From positions 1-38,083 of IMG/VR virus record IMGVR_UViG_3300011339_000979: 38,083 bases of DNA; one strand, 5' to 3'. The position numbers and the translations under genes were made by a program. The DNA is from a virus. Its lineage: Duplodnaviria > Caudoviricetes. Positions 24,342-33,595 of the stretch are shown piece by piece. Position 1 is the stretch's first letter. Each line of letters begins with the position of its first letter. Below the pieces are notes generated by a model. It had not been told where the DNA came from, did not search any database, and saw nothing but the letters and a program-made list of their open reading frames with translations.

Positions 24342-24656
24342 TTAGCCTTTAACGGGTTTGAATTCCATTTTTTCAGTACGCTCTCTAAATTTGCGCATCT
24401 CTTCCAATAAAGCCTCTTTTGATCCAAACGGATTATCAATTTTAACACCGCTCTCCCAAGGGAACTTTATTAAGTCGGTTGGCTTAGTTCCTTTTTTGAT
24501 GTGAGGCGACAATATCCAAAACGCTTTCAGGCGACTTGATACCCACCTTTCCTCCTCGGCCTTTGCAAATGCTTTTTTCATTTGATACATAAAACGAGGC
24601 GTTGTATTAAAGAATTCCCACTCTTTTAGGCCCAAACGTGCAGCATCCTCAAACAT
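24342..24656 (-). CDS. tail assembly chaperone, gpT-like
   Basis: Between gpG-like gene and tape measure; frame open upstream across the gpG stop. Confidence 0.75.
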   Translation of the reverse strand: MFEDAARLGLKEWEFFNTTPRFMYQMKKAFAKAEEERWVSSRLKAFWILSPHIKKGTKPTDLIKFPWESGVKIDNPFGSKEALLEEMRKFRERTEKMEFKPVKG

Positions 24657-24667
24657 CCCATCCCAAT

Positions 24668-25000
24668 CTATCGTTTTGCTCGTTTGGGCTTCACCTCCCC
24701 CGCTTCTCCGGCCGGCATTGAATCCATAAACAACTCCATCACCTTAGCAACTCGATCAGGTGTTAACCAGGCTGCAACATCATCATCATTAAATTGAAAT
24801 GGCTTTTTTTCGACCGACGCACCACACAAAAAACCAGCGTGCGCCAGGTTCACAATAAAAGTCACTGATATATTTTCACCGTTTGAGTTCGACGTAAAAT
24901 CAGCGATTGCCGAACGGCCGGTATTTTTTTCGTATTGATAGAGCGCCCCAAATCCAAAATGAATAGGGCATTGAGTACCGTTAAAATCTAAGTATGTCAT
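24668..25000 (-). CDS. tail assembly chaperone, gpG-like
   Basis: Downstream of major tail gene; G GGG GAG slippery site near the end. Confidence 0.75.
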   Translation of the reverse strand: MTYLDFNGTQCPIHFGFGALYQYEKNTGRSAIADFTSNSNGENISVTFIVNLAHAGFLCGASVEKKPFQFNDDDVAAWLTPDRVAKVMELFMDSMPAGEAGEVKPKRAKR

Positions 25001-25022
25001 TTTTCGTAAATTTATAATTATT

Positions 25023-25054
25023 AAAAAAGCGGGCCAGCGCTAAGCCAGCCCGCT
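25023..25054 (-). terminator. intrinsic terminator after major tail gene
   Basis: AGCGGGC...GCCCGCT TTTTT. Confidence 0.7.
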
Positions 25055-25086
25055 GGGAAGAAAACGAAGGTTCAGCGTGCGGACTA

Positions 25087-25500
25087 TTAAGGGTTAGTTG
25101 CCTCAGTGAGTGCGCCCGTTCCTTGCAGTTCAAAGTCAAAGGTAACGTTTTCATCGCTTCCTGCTGAGCTAAGGGAGAGCGATGTAAAAAAAGCGGTTCC
25201 GCTCCAGGTCTTATCACCGCTAACATTTGTACCAATCTTTACAGTTGCGGTCGCTCCTGTATTAATTAGCGTGTAAATGTCATCAAAAGTGTAGGTGTTG
25301 TCGTAAGCGAACATTGCAGATCCGCCCATTGTCCAACTTACCCGACCAGGGAGTGAGCTGTTGTAAGAATCGGTGTCTTTACAAGTTGTATCCCGACTTT
25401 CAACGCTAATATTTAAATTCGCGTCGGTTAAGCAGGTCACAACAGTAGAGCCGACTGAGATAGTCATAATTCGACTATTTACAATTCCTGTTGTTGGCAT
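25087..25500 (-). CDS. major tail tube protein (TP901-1-like family)
   Basis: D.T.KD......LPG..SW...G, G.A..TSLS......VTF...LQGTGAL. Confidence 0.88.
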   Translation of the reverse strand: MPTTGIVNSRIMTISVGSTVVTCLTDANLNISVESRDTTCKDTDSYNSSLPGRVSWTMGGSAMFAYDNTYTFDDIYTLINTGATATVKIGTNVSGDKTWSGTAFFTSLSLSSAGSDENVTFDFELQGTGALTEATNP

Positions 25501-25513
25501 TTTTTAAAGTACT

Positions 25514-25816
25514 TTAATTTGTTAACAATTCAGTTTCATCGTCGCTCTCCTCAATCGCCTCGGAAAGCGTTTTATTTTTTGACGCTGTTAAAGCCTCTGT
25601 AATGCTGCTTAATTGTTCGGCCGATACTGATACGCAACCACCTGCCAATAATGGATTGTGGCGGCAAAGTGTAAAAGCTGCTACTTGTTGCGCAACACCC
25701 AAGGCAATCAGCTCTTGACCGATATGAGGCGCGGTGCGAAAAACATTACCAGGCTCAAACACCTTACCGGATCCGAGATCCTGCCAGCTCTGAATGAAAA
25801 TATACCGATCGCTCAT
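25514..25816 (-). CDS. hypothetical protein
   Basis: ATGA-coupled; N-terminal G.VF.....G.ELIALGVA resembles the 64-aa gene after the capsid. Confidence 0.65.
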   Translation of the reverse strand: MSDRYIFIQSWQDLGSGKVFEPGNVFRTAPHIGQELIALGVAQQVAAFTLCRHNPLLAGGCVSVSAEQLSSITEALTASKNKTLSEAIEESDDETELLTN

Positions 25817-26196
25817 TTCTTAAAGACGTTGTAAGCGATTGTAATTAATGAGAATAAACTAACTGCAACGCCTTGCCAGTTCCCATCAAGAGCCTTCCCG
25901 ATCGTTTCTTGCAGAACTGTAAAAAATTCAGGAGTTAAGGCAGGTACAAACAATGTAATAATCGTCGCCAAATAGTTGTAAGTGTTAGCATTTTTCGCCC
26001 ACGCTTTAAGGTCAAATTGAGCGTTTTTAAAGTAAACACGAAATGTACCAACAACGCCTACCAAGCCAAGAATAGCCGTGAGTCCACCGATTGCGGCTTC
26101 TTGTGGGAAAGCGACCATTGTGCCACCAACAAACAGAATCAAGGCCATGATAAAGTTTGTTGATTTGATTTTTTCTAAAAATAGTTCTTTTGTCAT
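25813..26196 (-). CDS. membrane protein (~4 TM), holin candidate
   Basis: Four hydrophobic helices, basic C-terminus. Confidence 0.6.
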   Translation of the reverse strand: MTKELFLEKIKSTNFIMALILFVGGTMVAFPQEAAIGGLTAILGLVGVVGTFRVYFKNAQFDLKAWAKNANTYNYLATIITLFVPALTPEFFTVLQETIGKALDGNWQGVAVSLFSLITIAYNVFKK

Positions 26197-26208
26197 AAGT
26201 TTTAAGTT

Positions 26209-26460
26209 TTAGCGATATTTAGGCCGCGCGATCATGTTATCTATTTTAGCTTGCAATTTAGCGACCTCAACCGATAATCGAGAGCGCTCTTCATCGCAAG
26301 CTCTAATTTCTGTTTGAAACTGCGCGATTTTTAAATCCATCTTTTGTTCGGCCATATCCCATTTATAATAGAAAAAATAAAGGCCAACCGACAAAAGCAC
26401 TATGTTAAATCCTTGTTCTTTTAGGCTTTTCTCCAAAATTGCACCAAATTGTTGTATCAT
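26209..26460 (-). CDS. single-TM plus coiled-coil protein (holin/spanin-like candidate)
   Basis: TM segment followed by heptad pattern. Confidence 0.6.
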   Translation of the reverse strand: MIQQFGAILEKSLKEQGFNIVLLSVGLYFFYYKWDMAEQKMDLKIAQFQTEIRACDEERSRLSVEVAKLQAKIDNMIARPKYR

Positions 26461-26570
26461 TTCCAGTATTTACGTTTGATTTTAGGTAAATCATCAATAA
26501 TAAACTGAACCACGAAAAAACCGAGAAAAAAGCCTATTCCGCTTAATAGACCGTTCCAAATTGTCATCAT
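26457..26570 (-). CDS. 37-aa single-TM protein (not in ORF track)
   Basis: MMTIWNGLLSGIGFFLGFFVVQFIIDDLPKIKRKYWK; ATGA overlaps at both ends. Confidence 0.7.
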   Translation of the reverse strand: MMTIWNGLLSGIGFFLGFFVVQFIIDDLPKIKRKYWK

Positions 26571-27181
26571 CGCCTTGCAACATTAGGCACTAACCGAGCA
26601 GTCCGGCCAACACTTTGCCAGCTTCTATCTTTGTAGAAAAACTCAATAAACCCATCCGCGTCGAAGTCCGTTAAACGAAGATAGCCTGGTGAAAAGTATG
26701 CCCGCTTCCAGCTGCCAGCCGCGCGGGTAAAGCTATATTGAAGTCTTGGAACCAATATTTTATCATTGGTCATTGAAACCCTAAAGTAAACCTTTGTTTG
26801 GGCTGCGAACCCTCGCAAATTCCAATCGGTTGTTAGCACCTGGCTTATGCCTGTAGTATCAAATAAAGGTACTCCATACTGCGTTTCAATCGTGTTCCCA
26901 TCTCGTAACATACGCCCAATTTCCGCAGTATAGGCGCTAATTATTGCCCAGTCGTTGCACCGCCTTCCAATCTCTTGCGTGGTGAGTGCCTTAATGGCTG
27001 CTACCTGCTGCATAGTATCCCGAATCGGTACGTCGGTTTGTGTCCGCTTTCCGGTTTCGTCGATTACAAGGTGCGTAAAATATAGCCCCGTTTCGTTGGC
27101 TGTTATAAAAGTAGTGTCAATTACCTGCGCCTTTGCTTGCAGGCTTAAAACTGCCAGAATTATAAATAGTATTTTTTTCAT
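26567..27181 (-). CDS. secreted protein of unknown function
   Basis: Signal peptide MKKILFIILAVLSLQAKA|Q. Confidence 0.75.
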   Translation of the reverse strand: MKKILFIILAVLSLQAKAQVIDTTFITANETGLYFTHLVIDETGKRTQTDVPIRDTMQQVAAIKALTTQEIGRRCNDWAIISAYTAEIGRMLRDGNTIETQYGVPLFDTTGISQVLTTDWNLRGFAAQTKVYFRVSMTNDKILVPRLQYSFTRAAGSWKRAYFSPGYLRLTDFDADGFIEFFYKDRSWQSVGRTARLVPNVARR

Positions 27182-27194
27182 TGTATAGTTGTTT

Positions 27195-30167
27195 TTAATG
27201 AAGATCTACCCACGCGCCAGCAGCGCGAACTTGAAGTTTATTGTCTGTCGTGTTGTAAATAACCAGCCCATCGGCAGGTGTGGCGATTAAATCGCGTTGC
27301 ACTGTGGTCATTCTTGGGAATAAAACGCCCTGTGTTGTTGATGCTACCTCGAAGGCTGCGGATGCGTTTTGCGTTGTTGTGCCTATTGCAACGTTTCCGG
27401 CAAAGTAAGACTTTGCAGTACCTGCGCCATAAATACCCCAGCCGCTATTATTTGAATACTCAATAGCTCGATAATCAAATGCAGAATTAATAGAAGGCCC
27501 AATTAAAATTCCTCTTGTTGTGCCTGTTGCTGTACCTGTTTGGTTTATCGTTCCACCTATTCTAAGCAAATTGTATACTCCATTGCCCGATGTAGGATTG
27601 AAACCCCTTTCAATGGCGGTAAGACTCCGAGTTCCAGAGGTGATTGAAATATCTCCCTGACCATTAGTAAAAGAAACATCGACAAAGTTTGTCACAGTTG
27701 GAACTGCGTTGCTTCTAAATATTACGCTTTCCTGGCCAGATGTACCACTAGAATAAATACCGCCTATTGAATTTCGATTTGCGCCAAGCCTTAATCCAGT
27801 AGCATACCCAATCACTACCTCTCCGTTATCTGCAACCGACAAACCCGTTTGTGAGCTATTATTTAAAACGTTTAAAGCAAGTCCAGTTGTTGTGCCTGTT
27901 GTGTTGATTTGCAATCTTGCCCCCGGGCTACTTGTCCCCACCCCAACATTCCCATCATCCCGAATCATCAGCGCGTTGTTGTTGCCTGCGCTGTTGTGAA
28001 ATTGGGCTGTCCAAGTGGAGGAGCTTGTCCCGGAGCCTACGACGTGGAGGCGGGCTGCTGGTGTGGTCGTACCTATTGACGTGCTGCCTGCGAAATAGTT
28101 AAAAGCATTTGCATCTACCGCGTAAAAGCTATAAGGCGTGTTCGCCTGCGTGCCGCTTGTAATATCGCCACAATAGTATCCGAATGTATTAGTCATTGCA
28201 CCAGCATTGCTTGCCACCTCACCCCTAAATAAATATAAATTACTTATTGTATTGCCAGCCAATAAATTACTTGCGTCACCTTGAACGCATCTAATATCAT
28301 TAGCCGCAACATTTGAAGAATTAACAAATCTACCTACAACTCCAATACCTCTGCTCAATCCTGCATTTGCCGCGTCATTTGTTACTGTAAAATTACCAGC
28401 TGTGATATTATTACTTGCGCTTGTATTTTGGTTATTTACTGCAAATGTCATTCCATTAAATGCTGTAAATGCTTGACTTCCTCTCATATCAACTGTTCCA
28501 GCGAAGTACCCGACTGAATTTGTTATTGAACCAGTAAAAGTATTTGTAATTCTACGATCACTCCTTGACCCTGTTACAAAAAAAGGAGTATTTGCTGATA
28601 CGTCAAAATTACCTCCAATCCTTGATTGCCCAACAACTTCTAAAGGGAAGGCTGGCGCGGCTGTATTAACACCTAAACGCTTATTTGTATTATCCCAAAA
28701 AAATCCATTATCCCCGCTTTGCGTCTGTGCGCCTGTCCAAAAAGATACTTGTCCGCTTGTGCCGCTTCCGGTTACATCATCAGCCGGATCCGTATCTACT
28801 GTAACAGTGCCGCCACCATTGGACAAAGTGAGCGTATTTGTACCTGTTGAAAGCGTTTGTAGCTCATTTGTAGTACTTCCATCTACTTCCGTACCGGTGA
28901 TCGTTATAGTAGTACCAGCTGTTCCCACGGTATTAATACCAGCGCCTGCGATTGTCACCGACCCGCCCGAATTGCTTAACGTTGCGGTGTTGGCTGCGAC
29001 TGATAACGTTTGTAGCTCATTTGTAGCGCTTGCATCCGCGTCGTTTACGTTTAGCGTTATGGTGTTACCGCTTGAGATGCTGATATTGCCCGCGCTGCCA
29101 TCGGTGCTAAGTGTTTGCAGTTGGTTGGCAGGTGTTGTATTCTCCCACCTTGAAAGCGTTGAGTTATAAGTAAGTACTTGTCCGTTTGTCGGACTGCTTA
29201 GTTCCACGTCGTTAATTTGCGCCAAGTCTGGAAAGTGCGAAGGCCGAACGAACAAAGTACCATTTGAAGGGTGCGCATGAATTACAATTGCGATAGGTAC
29301 TTTAAGGTTTGGAGCAGTTGGTAAAACCTTAGTAAGGTATCCTGGTGTTGCTGCACTACAATAAAGTACATCACCATCGACCCAAGTTTCACCATAATTT
29401 GCGCCATTCGTTTGTATGCCGCGCACTTTGCCGAAATGCTGTACTTTGCCGTTGCTGTTGTTGCCTATTGTTTGCGCTGCTAATCCAAGAATATACTCAC
29501 TATTTACCGTCCCGTTTGCAATAGCTGGAGCGATTAAAATGCGGCCAGTGTTGCCAGTTGTGCCGTTCGCCATTACTACAGTACCAACCACAATAGATGA
29601 GCCTGTTGTGTTGCGTGTGTTATAATATGCTGACTCCATTAAATGTCCTGTGACTGCGCCCTGATCAGTCACCAACTCTACCGTTTCTTCGGTTGCATTC
29701 CAAGACATTGCGCCTGCTGCGCCATCTGTGTTTGAGCCTGTTCGGAATCGTAGAATGTAAAGCGAATCTAATATTATTGTGTCGTTCTCAATTCGGATGC
29801 CTTCGCCAGCGTAAACAGAACCACCACCGACTAATACCCACGCGGATCCATTATAAAAATACAGCTCGGGTTGTGGGCTGCAATTATTTATAACAACCTT
29901 TGAATCGCCTTTGCCAGGTGTGTAAGCAGGAGCCGTACATCCTGCAATCTCTTCGATTGTATTGCCTATTAGTTGCCAACCTCCAGGCGTGTTAAAATGA
30001 TACCATTTTCCCGTTACAGTATCAATCGCAACGCGTGAAGTCCGGACGGCAGGTGTAAAAGTAGGCGCTCCGTTCGTGTAGTTTATTCCTGCGCCATACA
30101 CAATATTATTTTGAGCGTTCGTTTGAACGGCTGCAAATAAAGCTATTATAAATACTAAATATCTCAT
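27195..30167 (-). CDS. fibre/adhesin-like beta-repeat protein with signal peptide
   Basis: MRYLVFIIALFAAVQTNA|Q; NELQTLS repeats, GNVG.GT..P...L.V repeats, C-terminal STTQG.LFPRMT..QRD.I..PA.GL.IYNT. Confidence 0.8.
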   Translation of the reverse strand: MRYLVFIIALFAAVQTNAQNNIVYGAGINYTNGAPTFTPAVRTSRVAIDTVTGKWYHFNTPGGWQLIGNTIEEIAGCTAPAYTPGKGDSKVVINNCSPQPELYFYNGSAWVLVGGGSVYAGEGIRIENDTIILDSLYILRFRTGSNTDGAAGAMSWNATEETVELVTDQGAVTGHLMESAYYNTRNTTGSSIVVGTVVMANGTTGNTGRILIAPAIANGTVNSEYILGLAAQTIGNNSNGKVQHFGKVRGIQTNGANYGETWVDGDVLYCSAATPGYLTKVLPTAPNLKVPIAIVIHAHPSNGTLFVRPSHFPDLAQINDVELSSPTNGQVLTYNSTLSRWENTTPANQLQTLSTDGSAGNISISSGNTITLNVNDADASATNELQTLSVAANTATLSNSGGSVTIAGAGINTVGTAGTTITITGTEVDGSTTNELQTLSTGTNTLTLSNGGGTVTVDTDPADDVTGSGTSGQVSFWTGAQTQSGDNGFFWDNTNKRLGVNTAAPAFPLEVVGQSRIGGNFDVSANTPFFVTGSRSDRRITNTFTGSITNSVGYFAGTVDMRGSQAFTAFNGMTFAVNNQNTSASNNITAGNFTVTNDAANAGLSRGIGVVGRFVNSSNVAANDIRCVQGDASNLLAGNTISNLYLFRGEVASNAGAMTNTFGYYCGDITSGTQANTPYSFYAVDANAFNYFAGSTSIGTTTPAARLHVVGSGTSSSTWTAQFHNSAGNNNALMIRDDGNVGVGTSSPGARLQINTTGTTTGLALNVLNNSSQTGLSVADNGEVVIGYATGLRLGANRNSIGGIYSSGTSGQESVIFRSNAVPTVTNFVDVSFTNGQGDISITSGTRSLTAIERGFNPTSGNGVYNLLRIGGTINQTGTATGTTRGILIGPSINSAFDYRAIEYSNNSGWGIYGAGTAKSYFAGNVAIGTTTQNASAAFEVASTTQGVLFPRMTTVQRDLIATPADGLVIYNTTDNKLQVRAAGAWVDLH

Positions 30168-30724
30168 ACGTTCATTACCATTTTAATCACGCCATAAGGC
30201 AAACCATAGTAGTTATTTGCTGTCAAGAAATACAGATCTCCAGGAAACAAGCCGCCAGCAATTGCGGCTGTGTCATCATCAAAAAAGCGGTCTTTCATTG
30301 GTACCATAGGATCTAAACTGCTTTGTCTGTTTATGCGAACGACATACATACTGATATGATAATGGTTTCCCGAATCATTGTCGTAATGTTGCCGCGTTTG
30401 TTCGTAGTGTATTCCATCGATGGATACAAGTTCGGCCTCAAAGGTTACATCGCCCCTAAAGTAGTCAACCGCTTGCCTAAATGCTTCTTCCGCTTGTCTG
30501 CACTCATTAAATGTGGGCGCCCAAAAAACTACTTCTACCGAAACATTATCTACCCATGATGGATTTGTTTTTGCTTTTCCAGGAGCGTTACCCACAACCG
30601 TAACGACCGCAAAGGGCATTGTTGCCCCTTGTGGAGCGACTACCGGATACACACGATTGCCGAATAAAGTACTCGCGGTCGGATGGTCACTAATTAATTT
30701 GCGGATTGGCCCCTGTACGTTCAT
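30164..30724 (-). CDS. tail terminator/completion protein (DUF3168-like) with C-terminal extension
   Basis: G.RVYP..APQ....PF.V; position after gp10-like gene. Confidence 0.75.
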   Translation of the reverse strand: MNVQGPIRKLISDHPTASTLFGNRVYPVVAPQGATMPFAVVTVVGNAPGKAKTNPSWVDNVSVEVVFWAPTFNECRQAEEAFRQAVDYFRGDVTFEAELVSIDGIHYEQTRQHYDNDSGNHYHISMYVVRINRQSSLDPMVPMKDRFFDDDTAAIAGGLFPGDLYFLTANNYYGLPYGVIKMVMNV

Positions 30725-31239
30725 TTTTTTAAGCGCTGAATTTTCTTTTTAAACTCCTCTACAACCGTGCTTCGCGTTGCTTCCCTGTATCTGTTCCAAG
30801 TTGGTAAAACAAAAGGTCGTGCCCTGCTGTTTTTGGTGCCTTTTTCCACCATGTGAGCATAATAACCATCAGTGCGACCGCCAGGCCCAAATACGCCTTG
30901 TGAGTTACCTTTTGCAAGTTTTGCGCCTACTGTAACTTGATACTTCGCACCTCTAAAATTTAAGAACTGAAACGACGCGCCTAAGTTACCCGGCATATAC
31001 GTTGCCACCACATTACCACGACCTTTAGGCGCTCTAATACGCCTTACCAACTTTGCGGTACTGTATCGTTTGTGTGGCCGTTCGCTTTCTGGTGCGTTAA
31101 TTTCAAGCGCAAAAACAAAAGGCTTTGCGGATTTTTTAAGAATGCGCAAAGTATCGCGCCTCGCGTTCTTGCTAACCGTTTGCAGCTCTCTAACAAGCTG
31201 CTCAACTTCTCTATTTAATTCCGCTACGTTTGCCCTCAT
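30721..31239 (-). CDS. HK97 gp10-like tail component
   Basis: G.L..S, YYAHMVEKGTK...ARPF..P. Confidence 0.85.
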   Translation of the reverse strand: MRANVAELNREVEQLVRELQTVSKNARRDTLRILKKSAKPFVFALEINAPESERPHKRYSTAKLVRRIRAPKGRGNVVATYMPGNLGASFQFLNFRGAKYQVTVGAKLAKGNSQGVFGPGGRTDGYYAHMVEKGTKNSRARPFVLPTWNRYREATRSTVVEEFKKKIQRLKK

Positions 31240-31571
31240 TACCCTTCAGTTTTTTGTACTTCAATAAACATGCGACCCCCGCGCCCATCCTCCGCTACTC
31301 GAATTATATCCCAATTAAAAGAATTGTATTGGATCCGGTCACGTTCTGTTATATCTGTTTTACGAATCTCAAACGTAATTCGATTTGTGTAGTAAATTGC
31401 TCCATTCATATCCTCTTCCCGAATTTCAGTCTTTGCGTATTTTACGTTTGACCAGACCGACAACAAATCAGACCATGTTTCAACGCGCTCACCAGTCGCA
31501 TTCTCAACCAGCGTGCGACGTTGGATCTTAATTAGCCGATCCAATTTCCCTATTTTCTCCCCTTTATTCAT
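31239..31571 (-). CDS. head closure protein (SPP1 gp16-like)
   Basis: G.L...I.IQ......GE....W......W; F.IR. Confidence 0.85.
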   Translation of the reverse strand: MNKGEKIGKLDRLIKIQRRTLVENATGERVETWSDLLSVWSNVKYAKTEIREEDMNGAIYYTNRITFEIRKTDITERDRIQYNSFNWDIIRVAEDGRGGRMFIEVQKTEG

Positions 31572-32146
31572 TAGTACCGTTCAACTAAATAAGGTTGCAT
31601 TAAAGCGATTGCGGCCCTGTTTAATTGCACCGCATCTGCATCCGTTCTGTTTTCGTAAAAATCGCCTAAAATTAAAAGAATTGCAACCTTTAAATTTGGC
31701 GGTACTGCTGCTGCATTTGTGTAGCCTGCTGTATAAATCGCTCTAACCTGCAATACTGTACCATCATAATCCCATGACGTTACCGGCTTAATTTGCGCTT
31801 TGTTGTGGTCAAATTCGGTCACATAGTTAGCGCTTGCAATGGTCGTAAATGTTCCGGTTGAATCGGTTGTATTGTATGCCAAAGAGCTTACAGCTGTAGC
31901 AGGCTGAACAGAAAGGTCGAACGGTTGCATTTCGTCGGGAAACGATGGAAATATCTCCGTTACTGTTGATGATAACAGGGAAATTCCGCAATGCTGTTCG
32001 ACCCTCCTGATAGCCGCGCGCAAATAAAGTTCAATAATTGCATCCTCCGAGCTGTCAGTTACTCGTAAATGAGCTTTAGCCTCCGCAACCGTTACCGGAA
32101 GCGTAGAACTATAATTGATGATCAAAGAGGATGGTAAATACTTCAT
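31571..32146 (-). CDS. head-tail connector (HK97 gp6-like)
   Basis: VTVAEAKAHLRV....ED; VP..LK.AILL.....YENR. Confidence 0.9.
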   Translation of the reverse strand: MKYLPSSLIINYSSTLPVTVAEAKAHLRVTDSSEDAIIELYLRAAIRRVEQHCGISLLSSTVTEIFPSFPDEMQPFDLSVQPATAVSSLAYNTTDSTGTFTTIASANYVTEFDHNKAQIKPVTSWDYDGTVLQVRAIYTAGYTNAAAVPPNLKVAILLILGDFYENRTDADAVQLNRAAIALMQPYLVERY

Positions 32147-32340
32147 TATTTGCGCTTTGCGTTTGCTTTAACGATCCGATCTGTTGCTGCTTCAATTAGG
32201 ACATCTACCAACAACGCTAAGCCTGCCTTAATTAGCTGCTTCGCGCGCGGCTCAGGTACATTTTCGTGTACGCCTTTGCCGTATTCGTATTTGCCTAATT
32301 CATCCTCACCAGATAATGAATCAAGAATTTGAACTTTCAT
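32146..32340 (-). CDS. small capsid-adjacent protein
   Basis: G....V....A.QLI.AGLA motif, typical of the gene following HK97-type capsids. Confidence 0.65.
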   Translation of the reverse strand: MKVQILDSLSGEDELGKYEYGKGVHENVPEPRAKQLIKAGLALLVDVLIEAATDRIVKANAKRK

Positions 32341-32342
32341 AA

Positions 32343-33584
32343 TTAAGGAGCAGTGATAAGGTGCTTAACTGCTGCTGTGTTCAACAACTCACCATCCCAA
32401 CGCGCGAATCCAAAGTAACCGATTTCTCCGGTTGCCATGTACAAAGACTCGTTACGGCTGATTTGCAGCGTGCGCACTTGGCGAACAAGATACTGACGGA
32501 AGTCTCCGAACAGGATAATTTTAGATGCAGCATTGATTGTGCTATCCATGTCTTGGTTGATGGTGTATTGGTATCCATCAATTGTAGCAGGCTCACCAAC
32601 GATAAATGAAGGCTGCCACAATGGCCGCGCGTCGGATGCTCCGATTGAGAGTTTTTTAATGGATGCCAAAACAGAATCGTGCATCATAAAACGACCGTTA
32701 CGACGGTACTCAGGATCTACACTATGAATAAGGTCGATAATCTCGGCAAATGTGAAAGCGGTTGAGGATGCAGCTGTTTTGCCAAGCGTAGAGGCGGTTA
32801 CAACTCCATTTGGCTGACCGGATCCTGTACCGGTTGTAAGGCTTTCATTTGCAGCACGACCGAAGCGAGTACCCATCAAACGAACAATGTACGCTTCAAT
32901 ATCAAAAGCGCTGTCTTGGATCAGTTCGTAGGAGAGCTTTACCAAATCGCGATACATAAACGCATTAAGCGTTCTTTGTGCGAAGGTAGTATCCTGAACG
33001 GTAGCAGATCCACCTTCAGATACCAATACAGCTTTAGCGCTTGTATCGTCGTTGGTTGGGAAGTTCAACGGATTGCCGCCATCAGTGATAAGAATATCGG
33101 ACACTTGTAGCATACCTCCATACGCTTTCATTGCCTCGATAATCCGGTTTGCCAAATCGGTAGGAACGGTAAAGCCGCCTAAAGAATTGGTTCCTGCAAT
33201 CAAGGTAGATGTACCGCGCTTTTGGATCATTGTGCGCTGCTCATTGGTAAGGTTATTCATACCTTGACGCAACCAAGAATTAAACGCTGCACGCTCCTCG
33301 GCTTCAACCTCTTTTTGATCGCGCTTGTCAGCAGTGCGGCCGGCTTGATCCTCCTTTTCAAAAAACTGCTCTGCGCGACGCTTTTCCGCTGCTTCTGCTG
33401 CTTCTAAGGCGCGTAGCTGTTTTTCGATCCGGGCTTGATCTGCTTCAGCTTTGTTAAATACTTCGTCGAGTTCTGATTTGCGAACCTCAGACAAACCTTC
33501 GCGGCTAAGCTCCTTAACCGCGTCCTTCATAGCATCGTAAGCAGCTGCTTGACGTGCTTGTAAATCTCTAATTTCTTGTGTCAT
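32343..33584 (-). CDS. major capsid protein, HK97 family
   Basis: Coiled-coil delta domain, GGFTVP, S.EL..DS.FD.E, G.G..QP.G, FGDF..Y, R.DG. Confidence 0.95.
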   Translation of the reverse strand: MTQEIRDLQARQAAAYDAMKDAVKELSREGLSEVRKSELDEVFNKAEADQARIEKQLRALEAAEAAEKRRAEQFFEKEDQAGRTADKRDQKEVEAEERAAFNSWLRQGMNNLTNEQRTMIQKRGTSTLIAGTNSLGGFTVPTDLANRIIEAMKAYGGMLQVSDILITDGGNPLNFPTNDDTSAKAVLVSEGGSATVQDTTFAQRTLNAFMYRDLVKLSYELIQDSAFDIEAYIVRLMGTRFGRAANESLTTGTGSGQPNGVVTASTLGKTAASSTAFTFAEIIDLIHSVDPEYRRNGRFMMHDSVLASIKKLSIGASDARPLWQPSFIVGEPATIDGYQYTINQDMDSTINAASKIILFGDFRQYLVRQVRTLQISRNESLYMATGEIGYFGFARWDGELLNTAAVKHLITAP

Positions 33585-33595
33585 TAATTAAAAGT

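Noticed and set aside
21935-24352. Long plus-strand ORFs opposite the tape measure
   Set aside because: Antisense shadows of Ala-rich codons
17636-30167. Diversity-generating retroelement or invertible fibre cassette
   Set aside because: No reverse transcriptase or invertase; the repeats are in-frame protein repeats with synonymous divergence
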